Source: Candidatus Omnitrophota bacterium (lineage in GTDB: Bacteria; Omnitrophota; Gorgyraeia; Gygaellales; Profunditerraquicolaceae). From it: a stretch of 64,000 nucleotides of DNA. The stretch lies in contig JBFZAT010000026.1 in NCBI GenBank assembly GCA_041308845.1, positions 41,102 to 105,101 of the forward strand. The letters are read 5' to 3'. This document shows, piece by piece, positions 40,896-50,710 of the stretch; the first letter of the stretch is position 1, and each line of letters begins with the position of its first letter. The notes beneath the pieces are model-generated. The model was given only the letters and a program-made list of their open reading frames with translations, had not been told where the DNA came from and did not search any database. Position numbers and translations under genes: made by a program.

Positions 40896-41920
40896 TCATT
40901 GTTTTAAAACCCGATGCCAGCCCTGAACAAATTGAGCATATTATTGCCAAGGTAAAGCTTTTAGGTTTAGTGCCGCATTTGTCTAAAGGCGCGCAGAGAT
41001 CGATTATCGGCGTAATTGGGCCGGAAGATGTTTTACGGGTTACTCCCCTTGAGGTATTTCCGGGAGTAGAAAATGTGATACCGGTGCTTTCGCCTTTCCG
41101 CCTGGTTTCGCGTGAGTTTAAGCCGGAAGATTCGGTTATTGATTTGGGCAAGGGGGTAAAAATCGGAGGGGAAGAAATCGTCATGATGGCCGGCCCCTGT
41201 ACTATTGAAAGTCTAGATAGTCTGTTGGCGATTGCCCGGGAGGTTAAGAAAGCCGGGGCCACGGTATTACGCGGTGGCGCTTTTAAGCCGCGTACTTCTC
41301 CGTATAGTTTCCAAGGTCTGGGCAAGGCGGGTTTAGAAATGTTGCGGGAAGTCGGCCAAGAGTTAGGTTTAGTTACCGTTAGTGAAGTGATGGACAGTCG
41401 GGATGTGGCTTTAGTGGCTGATTACGTTGATGTTTTGCAAATCGGTTGCCGGAATATGCAAAATTTTAATCTTTTAAAAGAAGTGGGAGCAACAAAGAAA
41501 CCGGTGGTTCTAAAGCGGGGGATGGCTTCTACGGTTAAAGATATGTTGATGTCGGCTGAATATATTTTAAGCGGAGGTAATTTTTCGGTTATCCTTTGCG
41601 AAAGAGGAATCCGTACTTTTGAAGATGCTACGCGAAATACCCTAGACATTAGCGCCGTGCCGGTAGTTAAGCAGCTCTCGCATTTACCGATTATTATTGA
41701 TCCTTCGCATGCTGCCGGAAAATGGAGCTGGGTGCCGGCTTTATCTAAAGCCGCGATTGCTGCTGGCGCCGACGGTCTAATTATTGAGGTGCACAACCAT
41801 CCGGAAGATGCGGTTTCTGATGGAGCTCAATCATTAATCCCGGAGAAATTTTTAAAACTGTCAGGGGAGCTGAAAGCAGTCGCCCGGGCCGTAGGAAGGC
41901 AAATGCATGATAATGTTTAA
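40892..41920 (+). CDS. 3-deoxy-7-phosphoheptulonate (DAHP) synthase, class I-beta with an N-terminal ferredoxin-like regulatory domain
   Basis: A Thermotoga-type N-terminal regulatory domain followed by a KDO8P/DAHPS TIM barrel (GPCTIES, KPRTSPYSFQG). Confidence 0.8.
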   Translation: MIIVLKPDASPEQIEHIIAKVKLLGLVPHLSKGAQRSIIGVIGPEDVLRVTPLEVFPGVENVIPVLSPFRLVSREFKPEDSVIDLGKGVKIGGEEIVMMAGPCTIESLDSLLAIAREVKKAGATVLRGGAFKPRTSPYSFQGLGKAGLEMLREVGQELGLVTVSEVMDSRDVALVADYVDVLQIGCRNMQNFNLLKEVGATKKPVVLKRGMASTVKDMLMSAEYILSGGNFSVILCERGIRTFEDATRNTLDISAVPVVKQLSHLPIIIDPSHAAGKWSWVPALSKAAIAAGADGLIIEVHNHPEDAVSDGAQSLIPEKFLKLSGELKAVARAVGRQMHDNV

Positions 41921-42737
41921 TAAAGTAGTAATTATCGGTACCGGATTAATCGGAGGGTCTCTGGGCTTAGCTTTAAAAAAACAGCGCCTGGCGGTTGAAG
42001 TGGTTGGTTTGAGCCGGCATTTGCAGAATGCCAGAATAGCTAAAAAGATGGGCGCAATTGATTTTGTTGGCAGGTCTTTAGCGGTCGTGGCGGATGCAGA
42101 CCTGGTCATCTTAGCCACCCCGGTTAATACCATTATTGAAATCGCGGTAAAAATCGCCAAAAAGATAAAAAAAGACTGTGTAGTTATTGACGTTGGCAGC
42201 ACTAAAAAGCAGATTGTTACTCAGCTCGAATCATTGATTCCTAATTTTATAGGCACGCATCCTTTGGCCGGCTCGGAAAAAAAAGGAATTCTCAACTTAG
42301 ATGCGCATATTTTTAGGGGTTCGGTTTGTATTATTACTCCTGGAGTAAAAACAGCTAAAAAAGCTTTAGCACAGGTTGAAATGCTTTGGCAGGCTTTGGG
42401 GGCGCAGATCGTTAAGTTTTCGGCTGCTCAGCATGACCAAGTATTGGGGTTGACCAGCCATTTGCCGCATTTGGTAGCCTTTGCATTGATTGATGCCATT
42501 CCCGAGCGCTACTTAAAGTTTAGTGCTAACGGCTTAAGAGATACTACGCGTATTGCCGGTTCGGATACTCAGCTTTGGAATCAAATCTTTATGAGTAATC
42601 GGGGTAATTTATTAGCCGGGTTAAAGATTTTTCAGATTAAGCTTTCCGCTTTGATGCTTGCCTTAAAAAATAAAGATAAAACCCGCTTGGCTAAGATTCT
42701 TCTTCGGGCCAAAACAAAAAGAGACAAATTAGGATGA
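41907..42737 (+). CDS. tyrA: prephenate dehydrogenase
   Basis: VVIIGTGLIGGSLG Rossmann and a TyrA dimerisation/catalytic domain (HPLAGSE). Confidence 0.8.
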   Translation: MIMFNKVVIIGTGLIGGSLGLALKKQRLAVEVVGLSRHLQNARIAKKMGAIDFVGRSLAVVADADLVILATPVNTIIEIAVKIAKKIKKDCVVIDVGSTKKQIVTQLESLIPNFIGTHPLAGSEKKGILNLDAHIFRGSVCIITPGVKTAKKALAQVEMLWQALGAQIVKFSAAQHDQVLGLTSHLPHLVAFALIDAIPERYLKFSANGLRDTTRIAGSDTQLWNQIFMSNRGNLLAGLKIFQIKLSALMLALKNKDKTRLAKILLRAKTKRDKLG

Positions 42738-43396
42738 TTATTGCTATTGATGGTCCAGCCGGCGCAGGTAAGAGTACGGTAGCTAAACTTTTGGCTAAAC
42801 GGCTAGGTTTTCTTTATATTGATACCGGGGCAATGTACCGGGCCCTGACATTAAAGGCCTTAGAGAATAATATCCCCATTGATGATGAAGCCGGGCTGGT
42901 AGGTTTAGCTAATGAGATTAAATTAGAATTGCATAATAACCCGGATGGTTCCTTAACGGTAATGCTAGACGGAGAAGATGTGTCTTTAGCTATCAGACAA
43001 GCGCGGATCACTCAGTTTGTTTCAGATGTAGCAAAAATTAAAAAGGTGCGCCAGGTACTGGTAAAATTGCAAAGAGCGCTTGGCCAAAAGGGAAATTGTG
43101 TTTTAGACGGTCGGGATATTGCCACAGTAGTTTTTCCAGACGCGCAGAAAAAATTCTTTATCGATGCTTCAGCCCAGGAACGCACTCGCAGGCGGTTTAA
43201 AGAATTAACCGGTTTAGGCCAAAAGGTAGCTGAAGCTGATGTGGCTAAAGATTTGGCTAACCGTGACCAGATTGATTCTACCCGAGAAGCCTCTCCACTG
43301 CGCCAGGCTCCGGATGCAATTTATATTGATACCACTGATCTTTCCATAGAGCAGGTGGTAGATAAGATGTATAACTTATGTAAAACAAATGGATAG
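42734..43396 (+). CDS. cmk: cytidylate kinase
   Basis: IAIDGPAGAGKST and Cmk family similarity. Confidence 0.9.
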   Translation: MIIAIDGPAGAGKSTVAKLLAKRLGFLYIDTGAMYRALTLKALENNIPIDDEAGLVGLANEIKLELHNNPDGSLTVMLDGEDVSLAIRQARITQFVSDVAKIKKVRQVLVKLQRALGQKGNCVLDGRDIATVVFPDAQKKFFIDASAQERTRRRFKELTGLGQKVAEADVAKDLANRDQIDSTREASPLRQAPDAIYIDTTDLSIEQVVDKMYNLCKTNG

Positions 43397-45188
43397 GTCG
43401 CGGCTGAGAAATTTCTCGATTATTGCCCATATTGATCACGGTAAATCTACTTTGGCTGACCGGATTTTAGAGATCACCGGAGCGGTAGATCGCAAGCATA
43501 AAGGCGATCAGCTTTTGGATGACATGGAATTAGAAAAGGAGCGCGGGATCACGATTAAGGCTTCAATGGTCAGGTTAAACTATTTTTCCAAAAAATTTAA
43601 TCAGGAATATATTCTAAATTTAATTGATACTCCCGGACATGTAGATTTTACTTATGAAGTATCTAAATCTTTAGCGGCTTGTGAGGGCGCGGTGCTAGTT
43701 GTAGATGCCGGGCAGGGTATTGAAGCGCAAACGGTAGCCAATTATTATTTAGCTTTAGAAAATAATTTACATGTTATTCCGGTGATTAATAAAGTGGATT
43801 TAATTTCTGCGGACGTGCCGCGGGTGAAGGCTCAAGTGGAGACGGTTTTGGGGTTCAAAGAAGAAGAAATTATCCTGGCTTCGGCTAAAGAAGGCCAGGG
43901 TGTGATAGAAATTCTAGACCGGATTATTGAGACTATTCCGGCTCCCGGCGGACAGATCGACAGCCCTCTGAAGGCTTTGATTTTTGACTGTCGTTTTGAT
44001 CCTTTCAAAGGCGTGGTTGTTTTTATAAAGATTATTGACGGTCAGGTCACCCCTAAAACCCAACTAAAAATGTTTCACACCGGTAAAGTTTATAAACTGG
44101 AAGAATTGGGTGTTTTTAAAGATTTAAAATATTCCGCCGCCGATAGCCTGGTATGTGGTGAAGTAGGGTATTTTACGGCAAATTTACGTGATCCGCGGGA
44201 TGTGGTGATCGGGGATACGATCACCGATCCGAAAAACCCCTGTAATCAAGCTTTACCCGGATACCGTAAAGTTAGACCGCTAGTTTTTTGTGGAATTTAT
44301 CCGGTTAACCCGGCGGATTTTCCAGAATTGCGTGACGCGATGGATAAATTAAAACTTTCCGATGCTTCTTTTGTATTTGAACCGGAAAATTCGCAATCAT
44401 TCGGCGCAGGGTTTCGCTGCGGTTTTCTTGGATTGTTGCATATGGAGATTGTCCAAGAAAGGCTGGAGCGTGAATATAACTTGAATTTAATCCTTACTGT
44501 GCCTAATGTAGTCTATCGGGTAAAGACTAAGTCTGGTGAATTATTGGAGGTGGATACACCGATGAAGTTGGGCGCCTCTGGCGACATTCAAGAGGCGCAA
44601 GAACCATTTGCTGATCTATTGATGATTGTTCCGGTTGATTCTATCGAAGCAGTTTGTGATTTTACTAAATCCCGCCGTGGGGTGTTTGTTGCTAATGAAT
44701 ATTTAGGTGAAGACCGGGTAAAAATAATTTTTTCCATACCGCTTTCTGAAATCATTGTGGATTTTTATGACCGGATGAAATCGATTACCCGGGGTTACGG
44801 TTCTATGGATTATGAAGTTAAAGAATATCGCCCAACCAGATTGGTTAAGCTGGACATACTTTTAAACGGTCAGATTTGTGATGCTTTTTCATCTTTGATG
44901 TTTAAAGAAAAGGCTACGGGCCGGGCGCATCTCCTGGTTTCCAAGCTTAAAGAATTAATTCCTCGGCAGCTTTTTGAGGTGACCGTACAGGCGGCGGTCG
45001 GCAGCCAGATTCTCGCTTCTGAAAGAGTGCGTTCGGTAGGTAAAAATGCCACCAGTAAATGTTCCGGAGGGGACATTACCCGTAAGCGTAAACTTTGGGA
45101 GACACAGAAGAAAGGTAAACAGCGGCTAAAGCAGTTTGGTAAAGTTGAGATACCGCAGGAGGCTTTTTTGGAGGTTCTAAAAATATGA
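43389..45188 (+). CDS. lepA: elongation factor 4 (LepA)
   Basis: IRNFSIIAHIDHGKSTLADR and the unique LepA C-terminal domain. Confidence 0.95.
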   Translation: MDRSRLRNFSIIAHIDHGKSTLADRILEITGAVDRKHKGDQLLDDMELEKERGITIKASMVRLNYFSKKFNQEYILNLIDTPGHVDFTYEVSKSLAACEGAVLVVDAGQGIEAQTVANYYLALENNLHVIPVINKVDLISADVPRVKAQVETVLGFKEEEIILASAKEGQGVIEILDRIIETIPAPGGQIDSPLKALIFDCRFDPFKGVVVFIKIIDGQVTPKTQLKMFHTGKVYKLEELGVFKDLKYSAADSLVCGEVGYFTANLRDPRDVVIGDTITDPKNPCNQALPGYRKVRPLVFCGIYPVNPADFPELRDAMDKLKLSDASFVFEPENSQSFGAGFRCGFLGLLHMEIVQERLEREYNLNLILTVPNVVYRVKTKSGELLEVDTPMKLGASGDIQEAQEPFADLLMIVPVDSIEAVCDFTKSRRGVFVANEYLGEDRVKIIFSIPLSEIIVDFYDRMKSITRGYGSMDYEVKEYRPTRLVKLDILLNGQICDAFSSLMFKEKATGRAHLLVSKLKELIPRQLFEVTVQAAVGSQILASERVRSVGKNATSKCSGGDITRKRKLWETQKKGKQRLKQFGKVEIPQEAFLEVLKI

Positions 45189-45760
45189 GCGTGCGCAAGA
45201 AATCCGTTATTCGTGATTGGGCGGAATCGATTATTATTGCTTTTTTATTGGCTTTAGTTATCCGGGCTTTTCTGGTGCAGGCCTTTAAAATTCCTACCGG
45301 ATCAATGCGTATGACTTTGATCGAAGGCGACTTGATCCTGGTTAATAAATTTATTTATGGTGCTAAAATTCCTTTTACCAATTTACGGTTACCGGCGGTC
45401 AAGGTGCCCAAGCGCGGGGATGTTATTGTATTTATCTACCCGGAAGATAAAAAGAAAGATTTTATTAAGCGGTTAGTCGGTCTACCCGGGGATGTTATTG
45501 AAATCAAGGGCGGATCGATCTATATTAATGGCAAGCCCGCTCCGGAAAAAATTTTTAATCAGATCTATTATTATAACCGGGGACAATTAGGACTTGCGGG
45601 TGAGAAACTCGTAGTACCGTCAGACAGTTATTTTGTTCTCGGGGATAATTCAGCTACTTCCCAAGATAGCCGTTATTGGGGATTTGTGCCGAAGAATAAT
45701 TTACTCGGGCAGGCGATGGTAATTTATTGGCCGCCGCAGCGTATCAGGGTGATTAAGTGA
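45185..45760 (+). CDS. lepB: signal peptidase I
   Basis: Catalytic GSM (Ser) and KRLVGLPGD (Lys) boxes. Confidence 0.85.
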   Translation: MSVRKKSVIRDWAESIIIAFLLALVIRAFLVQAFKIPTGSMRMTLIEGDLILVNKFIYGAKIPFTNLRLPAVKVPKRGDVIVFIYPEDKKKDFIKRLVGLPGDVIEIKGGSIYINGKPAPEKIFNQIYYYNRGQLGLAGEKLVVPSDSYFVLGDNSATSQDSRYWGFVPKNNLLGQAMVIYWPPQRIRVIK

Positions 45761-46320
45761 ACATCGCAAATAAAATTTCTACTTTTAGGATCCTAAGCGT
45801 GCCTTTTTTTATCGCTTGTTTAGTGTATTATGCTCCGGGTAAAGAATATCTGCAGAGCTTAGCTTTGGTGATTTTTGTGCTGGGGGTTATTTCTGACGGT
45901 TTAGACGGTTATATTGCCAGAAAAACTAAGATGCAATCCAAGGCCGGGTTAATCTTGGATCCGCTGGGGGATAAACTTTTACTTATGAGCGCTTTCGTTT
46001 TTTTATCGCCGATCTGCCGGTTGATTTTAAAATTCCCGCTTTGGGTAAGTTTCATCGTTATATCCCGCGATTTGATTATCATTATGGGAGCGGTGGTTAT
46101 TTATATGGTTAAACAGAATTTAGACTTACGACCGACTAGATGGGGAAAGCTTACTACTACCTTTCAGATGCTTTCGGTGATTTTAGTTTTATTACAGTGG
46201 AATCTGGCACAAACCTTCTGGTGGCTGGCGGTAATTTTTACGGTGATTTCGGGTTTTGATTACGTAAGGAAAGGTTTTAAAATTTTATATGCTACTGACA
46301 ATCGTCGCGCTATTAATTAG
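45757..46320 (+). CDS. pgsA: CDP-alcohol phosphatidyltransferase (PgsA-like)
   Basis: DG..AR...........G..LDP..DK CAPT motif (DGLDGYIARKT...GLILDPLGDK). Confidence 0.7.
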   Translation: MNIANKISTFRILSVPFFIACLVYYAPGKEYLQSLALVIFVLGVISDGLDGYIARKTKMQSKAGLILDPLGDKLLLMSAFVFLSPICRLILKFPLWVSFIVISRDLIIIMGAVVIYMVKQNLDLRPTRWGKLTTTFQMLSVILVLLQWNLAQTFWWLAVIFTVISGFDYVRKGFKILYATDNRRAIN

Positions 46321-46930
46321 TTATCTTATCGGTTCGTTACCTACTGCCTACCTTTTTGGGATCTGGCTGAAGGGAATCGACATTCGTAAAATCGGCTCTG
46401 GTAATGTGGGCGCTACTAATGCTTTACGGGTCCTAGGTAAGGGGCCGGGGATTACTGTTTTATTATTAGATATCTTGAAAGGATTCCTGACAGTAGTTTT
46501 TTTGGGCGATTTATTTTCTTATCAGCCAGTTAATTTATCCGCGGAAAATTTGCGTATAATTATGGGCCTGGTTTGTATTTGTGGTCATAATTGGCCGGTA
46601 TTTTTACAGTTTAAAGGGGGTAAAGGAATTGCCACTTCTTTTGGCGTTTTGCTCGGCTTGTCGCTGAAGATTCCCGGTTTGCATTTAGTGATCGGTTTAT
46701 TGATTCTGGTTTGGTTTTTAGTTTTTTTCCTTTTTCGAATCGTGTCTTTAGCGTCGATTTGCAGCGCTATTGCTTTTCCTTTTTTTTCCTGCCTATCTAA
46801 GCTGCCCGCAATATTTATTTATTTAAGTCTAGCACTTTGTTTTTTTGTGCTTATCCGACATAAATCTAATCTGTTCAGAATTTTCTCCGGACAGGAACCC
46901 CGGTTAGATTTTAAAAAAACCGGTCGCTAA
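46289..46930 (+). CDS. plsY: glycerol-3-phosphate acyltransferase PlsY
   Basis: GSGNVGATNALRVLG motif and five TM helices. Confidence 0.85.
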   Translation: MLLTIVALLISYLIGSLPTAYLFGIWLKGIDIRKIGSGNVGATNALRVLGKGPGITVLLLDILKGFLTVVFLGDLFSYQPVNLSAENLRIIMGLVCICGHNWPVFLQFKGGKGIATSFGVLLGLSLKIPGLHLVIGLLILVWFLVFFLFRIVSLASICSAIAFPFFSCLSKLPAIFIYLSLALCFFVLIRHKSNLFRIFSGQEPRLDFKKTGR

Positions 46931-46962
46931 TCTCATACCAAGCAAACGCTTTCTTTTTTAGG

Positions 46963-46990
46963 CCAAATCGTATTGATTTGGTATTTTTTT
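46963..46990 (+). terminator. rho-independent terminator after plsY
   Basis: Perfect 7-bp stem CCAAATC / GATTTGG with loop GTATT, followed by TATTTTTTT. Confidence 0.7.
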
Positions 46991-47000
46991 AGAGTCATAC

Positions 47001-47345
47001 TTGAGTATGAGAAATTTACTCTATAAAAACCTGACTTTTCCTAAACGCGGCCGTAAAATTATTGCCAGCAGCGAGGTAGCTGATAAAGAAGGTATCCATA
47101 GCGTGGTGCGCCGCCATTTTACTTACATGGTTAAGCCGGTTCCCAGAACAGGAGTAATTTCAGCGCAACCGTATCTATATGTATTAAAGCAAAGGGATAA
47201 CAAACAAAGACGTGAACATTTTTTTTGTAAAGTTAAAGGCAGCGTGCTGGCGGTAAGCCATGGAAACTTCTTTCAAGTTCTATTTGTGCACACTTTGACT
47301 ATTGATTTGACTTCAGCGGTCAAGCTCAGCGAACAGCTTGGTTAA
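47001..47345 (+). CDS. hypothetical protein (doubtful), 114 aa, TTG start
   Basis: ORF only. It has no recognisable motif, starts inside an inverted repeat right after the plsY terminator, and lies in a convergent intergenic region. Confidence 0.2.
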   Translation: MSMRNLLYKNLTFPKRGRKIIASSEVADKEGIHSVVRRHFTYMVKPVPRTGVISAQPYLYVLKQRDNKQRREHFFCKVKGSVLAVSHGNFFQVLFVHTLTIDLTSAVKLSEQLG

Positions 47346-47357
47346 TCCTGCCCGTAG

Positions 47358-50300
47358 TTAGCTTAAATAAATATCGATTTTTTTAATTTCCCGCGATCTG
47401 ACTGCCTGGGCATAAGGTGGAGGAATTACCGCGCCCTCTAACTGCACGGATTGTTTTTTATCCTGGAGTACGATCCTGTTGATTATGGCGGCTTGCCGGC
47501 CGAAAGTGTTTTTTCTTTTAGGGTTATGGTAGGTTACCCGGACCTGACTTAAAAAATTAAAAGTATATTCCCCGTTTTTGTTAAATAACCAGCCGGGTAA
47601 ATTTGGCTTAAAAATTAAGTTTAGCTGTCCGGTTTTGTTTAGGGTAAAAGGAGTAATCCCTGCGTGCATGATTAACCAAATCTGCAAGAATTCAGCAGTT
47701 GAACCGGAAAGCCTGGCTACAAACCCATTGCCATGCAATTTTTTGTCTGCGAATGCGCTGCTGACTAAAAAAGAAGAATTTTCTAGAATACTGCGTCCGT
47801 AGACCTGCGGGTTCTGAAAAGGGATTAAAACTTGTTTAAATTCGGTATAAAATTCTTCGACCAATCCAGCCTTGAGCAGTTCTAGAATATACTTGTACTC
47901 CATATGCAACCAAATAGATTCGTTCTCCAGCCAGCCTGGGCTAAAGATTCTGCAACGGCCGATTTCTTCCGGCATGCTGGTTAGAGAGGCGGTTACTTTA
48001 TACATTTTAAGTTTTTTATCAAAAAGCGCACTGTTTTTGGTTGCTTGGTGCAGGGCTAATTTCTGTTGCGGTTCATCTGCCAACCTTAATGCATGCATCT
48101 GGCCCTCCAGGAATAAAGGGAGGGGTTTTTGAATGAATTTTTTAGGCTTTAAAAAGTGGTCCCGGATTAAATCATACTCTACAACTTCATTAATAAAATA
48201 TGAATGGTAAACTCCTTTTTTACTGTCGAGTGCCTTATTTAGGCCTGCTTCTACTTTGTTCAGCCCCGCTTCAAGAAAAAGGTTTAGTTTATCTACAGAA
48301 AGATTTAATAGGCGTCCGGAAAACCCCAAACGAGTTTTGTGCCGGAAATTTTCTTTCAAGGTATTGCTTTTATCCCAATAAGAAAAAGCTGTATCTGTAA
48401 ATATCGGCAAGAGTTCTTCAATAAACACCGCTATTTCTTCGGGCATTTCTACTTCTCCGGATGCGGAGAGCTTTAAAGCTTGTTTAGTCATTTTAAGCAA
48501 GCGCTTTAATTCAAATGTTTCGCAGGCCGATGATCCAAAAAGAGCTGGCAATCCGTTAAGCGAATCAAACCAGTTTGGTTTATTAGCCTCCATTTCAATG
48601 CCCACTCCGCAGGCATCCAGTGAAGCCAGTTTATTCACTGCTAAGCATAAAAGTTTTACCATTAGGCTGGTATAATAGATCTGGCCTTCTCCGTTCAGCA
48701 TTCTGAGAGCATGCGGGTTAACCTTGCGCCGGCGCAGGAGCTCTTTTTTATGGCTGTCAAGCGTAAGGGAATGTAGTTGACGAGGTTGTCCGTTATACAA
48801 TATGTATTTTTCACTACGCGGTCGAACGGTCTCGGGATTATCAAAAAACGAAAAAACTTTCCGGGTCCAAAAGAGTTCTTTTGCTTTTTCCGGGAATAAC
48901 TCTAGGTAGCGATCAATTAAATCTAGATTATACGTCCAGTGGTCAGTCCAGAACCCTTCTCCGTGTTCAGCCTCGTGAATTTTTAAGGCATGAGAAAGGA
49001 TAATATCCAGGAACTCATCATAGGAGGAGTTGATTTTAATTTTGTTTTCTTCGATAAAAAAGATCAGCTCGCCCGGGCTAAAAGGCTTTTTCAGAAAAAC
49101 GCAAAGTTTATCCTTATCGGTTTCTTGGCTGACGGTTTCCAAGAGTTCATGCTTATCCAGATTTTCCTCAACCAGAAAACTCTCCGGTTTGACCACTAAG
49201 GGATTGAAGCCATCCGCTTGGATTAAATTCATAAAGAAAACAATGTTTTCATCTTGAATATCCGGATTAAACCAGGGGTCATTACGGCGGTTTTGGTTGG
49301 TGTCCCGGTAATTGCCGTTGCCTTGGGAAAGATAAGTAGGCTGTAACTGAAATTTATTATAATCTCTTTCCAGGTCTCCGTGTTTACGCGAATAAAGATA
49401 AAAAACTACCCCGGATTTAAAAACTTCAGGATATCCTCCGCGCATAATGTTGTCCAGGTAAGTCTGGCCGGAGTATAAGTTGAATTCAGCGCTGCTGCTT
49501 TTAGTTAAAATATTATTTTTTAAACTTTCAATGAGCGCCAGATTTTGCAGCGCTTTTTCTTCGATATACCCGGGGGCAATAATTTTTTTTACCGATTGAT
49601 TTAAGGTCTCTGGATTACGTGCCTGTCCGCTTACTGCGTAAAATAGCTCCGCCTGGGCAGGTTTTAATTCTAAATTTAATAAGAGCAAAGCACTGGGAGT
49701 TTTGCTTTGCTTGAGTTGCTGTCTGGGATAGGAAAATTTATTAGTAGAAAGAAAAGTGGCTGGATAAGAAAAATCGGTCACCGGACCAAAGACTGCTTGT
49801 GGATCAACAATTGGTTTTATTATTAGATTTTTCCCTCTTTGCTTGCTGAATCCCAGGTAGAAGTTTCCTGGTTCAATATGCACTACTTCCGGACGGTCAG
49901 CCGGATCAACCTGGAGCCTGTAAAAGGGCACGGAGTTTTCTAGGTTGTCAACTGTCATCCAGGCTTCAATGGTGCGCCCGAGTTTTTTAAGGAAGAAGTT
50001 ATTTGTCCCGAAGGGGACGGTTTGCACTAGCCCGTCGATTAGCTGTAGGGATTTGATTTTCCTGCCGGTATTTTCGATACTTACTGTCCGGCTTAAGCCG
50101 GCGTAGTTATCATTAGGGATATTAAAATATCTTACTTGGATTTTTATCCCTAGAGTATGATTTTCTTCTTCCAAGATTAATTCTTGCGAAGCGATGCGCA
50201 GGCGGTTGCTGATTTGGTATTTAAGATTATTATAGCCATTATGGAAAGGTTCATAATAAATCGGTTCGGATTTCTTGTCCTGGAGTTTAATGAATGTGCG

Positions 50301-50555
50301 GAAGCCATGGCTTGTAGATAATTGCCAGGCCTTATTGGCCGGAAAGAATTCTAGGATCGCATGGTCTTTGTCTTTAGTTCCGAAGCTGCAAATACATTGA
50401 CCGCGGTTGACATAGAAGACCCACATCGGGATCCCGTATTTACCGGCTATTCCCGGGAAGAAATTAGCAAAGGGCTTGGCGTAATTATAATTTTCAATAA
50501 CAAATTCACCTTGCGGGTTGAGATAATATTTGGGTTTTAATTGTCGGTTTGGCAT
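47358..50555 (-). CDS. GH94-family glycoside phosphorylase-like protein (size and architecture resemble 1,2-beta-oligoglucan / cellodextrin phosphorylases)
   Basis: 1065 aa. The N-terminal beta-sandwich resembles the cellobiose-phosphorylase N-domain (EFVIENYNYAKPFANFFPG versus the EYVITTPHTPYPWINYLG pattern). An (alpha/alpha)6 region carries a G.G.RD.NQ phosphate-site-like motif (QGNGNYRDTNQNR). It is the only minus-strand gene in the window. Confidence 0.55.
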   Translation of the reverse strand: MPNRQLKPKYYLNPQGEFVIENYNYAKPFANFFPGIAGKYGIPMWVFYVNRGQCICSFGTKDKDHAILEFFPANKAWQLSTSHGFRTFIKLQDKKSEPIYYEPFHNGYNNLKYQISNRLRIASQELILEEENHTLGIKIQVRYFNIPNDNYAGLSRTVSIENTGRKIKSLQLIDGLVQTVPFGTNNFFLKKLGRTIEAWMTVDNLENSVPFYRLQVDPADRPEVVHIEPGNFYLGFSKQRGKNLIIKPIVDPQAVFGPVTDFSYPATFLSTNKFSYPRQQLKQSKTPSALLLLNLELKPAQAELFYAVSGQARNPETLNQSVKKIIAPGYIEEKALQNLALIESLKNNILTKSSSAEFNLYSGQTYLDNIMRGGYPEVFKSGVVFYLYSRKHGDLERDYNKFQLQPTYLSQGNGNYRDTNQNRRNDPWFNPDIQDENIVFFMNLIQADGFNPLVVKPESFLVEENLDKHELLETVSQETDKDKLCVFLKKPFSPGELIFFIEENKIKINSSYDEFLDIILSHALKIHEAEHGEGFWTDHWTYNLDLIDRYLELFPEKAKELFWTRKVFSFFDNPETVRPRSEKYILYNGQPRQLHSLTLDSHKKELLRRRKVNPHALRMLNGEGQIYYTSLMVKLLCLAVNKLASLDACGVGIEMEANKPNWFDSLNGLPALFGSSACETFELKRLLKMTKQALKLSASGEVEMPEEIAVFIEELLPIFTDTAFSYWDKSNTLKENFRHKTRLGFSGRLLNLSVDKLNLFLEAGLNKVEAGLNKALDSKKGVYHSYFINEVVEYDLIRDHFLKPKKFIQKPLPLFLEGQMHALRLADEPQQKLALHQATKNSALFDKKLKMYKVTASLTSMPEEIGRCRIFSPGWLENESIWLHMEYKYILELLKAGLVEEFYTEFKQVLIPFQNPQVYGRSILENSSFLVSSAFADKKLHGNGFVARLSGSTAEFLQIWLIMHAGITPFTLNKTGQLNLIFKPNLPGWLFNKNGEYTFNFLSQVRVTYHNPKRKNTFGRQAAIINRIVLQDKKQSVQLEGAVIPPPYAQAVRSREIKKIDIYLS

Positions 50556-50579
50556 CTGTAAAATTAAGTTAATTGAATT

Positions 50580-50608
50580 ATTTTACACATTTTATTCCGA
50601 TTTGTCAA
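50580..50608 (-). promoter_or_regulatory. sigma70 promoter TTGACA-N17-TAAAAT on the minus strand for the GH94-like gene
   Basis: The reverse complement of 50603-50608 is TTGACA and of 50580-50585 is TAAAAT. The start codon at 50555 gives a very short leader. Confidence 0.55.
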
Positions 50609-50661
50609 CTTATAAGGGGATTTAGGGCAGCAGGGGAAACAATAATCTTAAAGTAGTAATG

Positions 50662-50690
50662 TTGACTTTTGGGAAGAAAGGTGTTAAAAT
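50662..50690 (+). promoter_or_regulatory. sigma70 promoter TTGACT-N17-TGtTAAAAT for gatCAB (divergent from the GH94 promoter)
   Basis: TTGACT 50662-50667 and an extended -10 at 50682-50690; GGAGGGG RBS before the ATG at 50711. Confidence 0.6.
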
Positions 50691-50710
50691 GCTAAAAATT
50701 TGGAGGGGAA

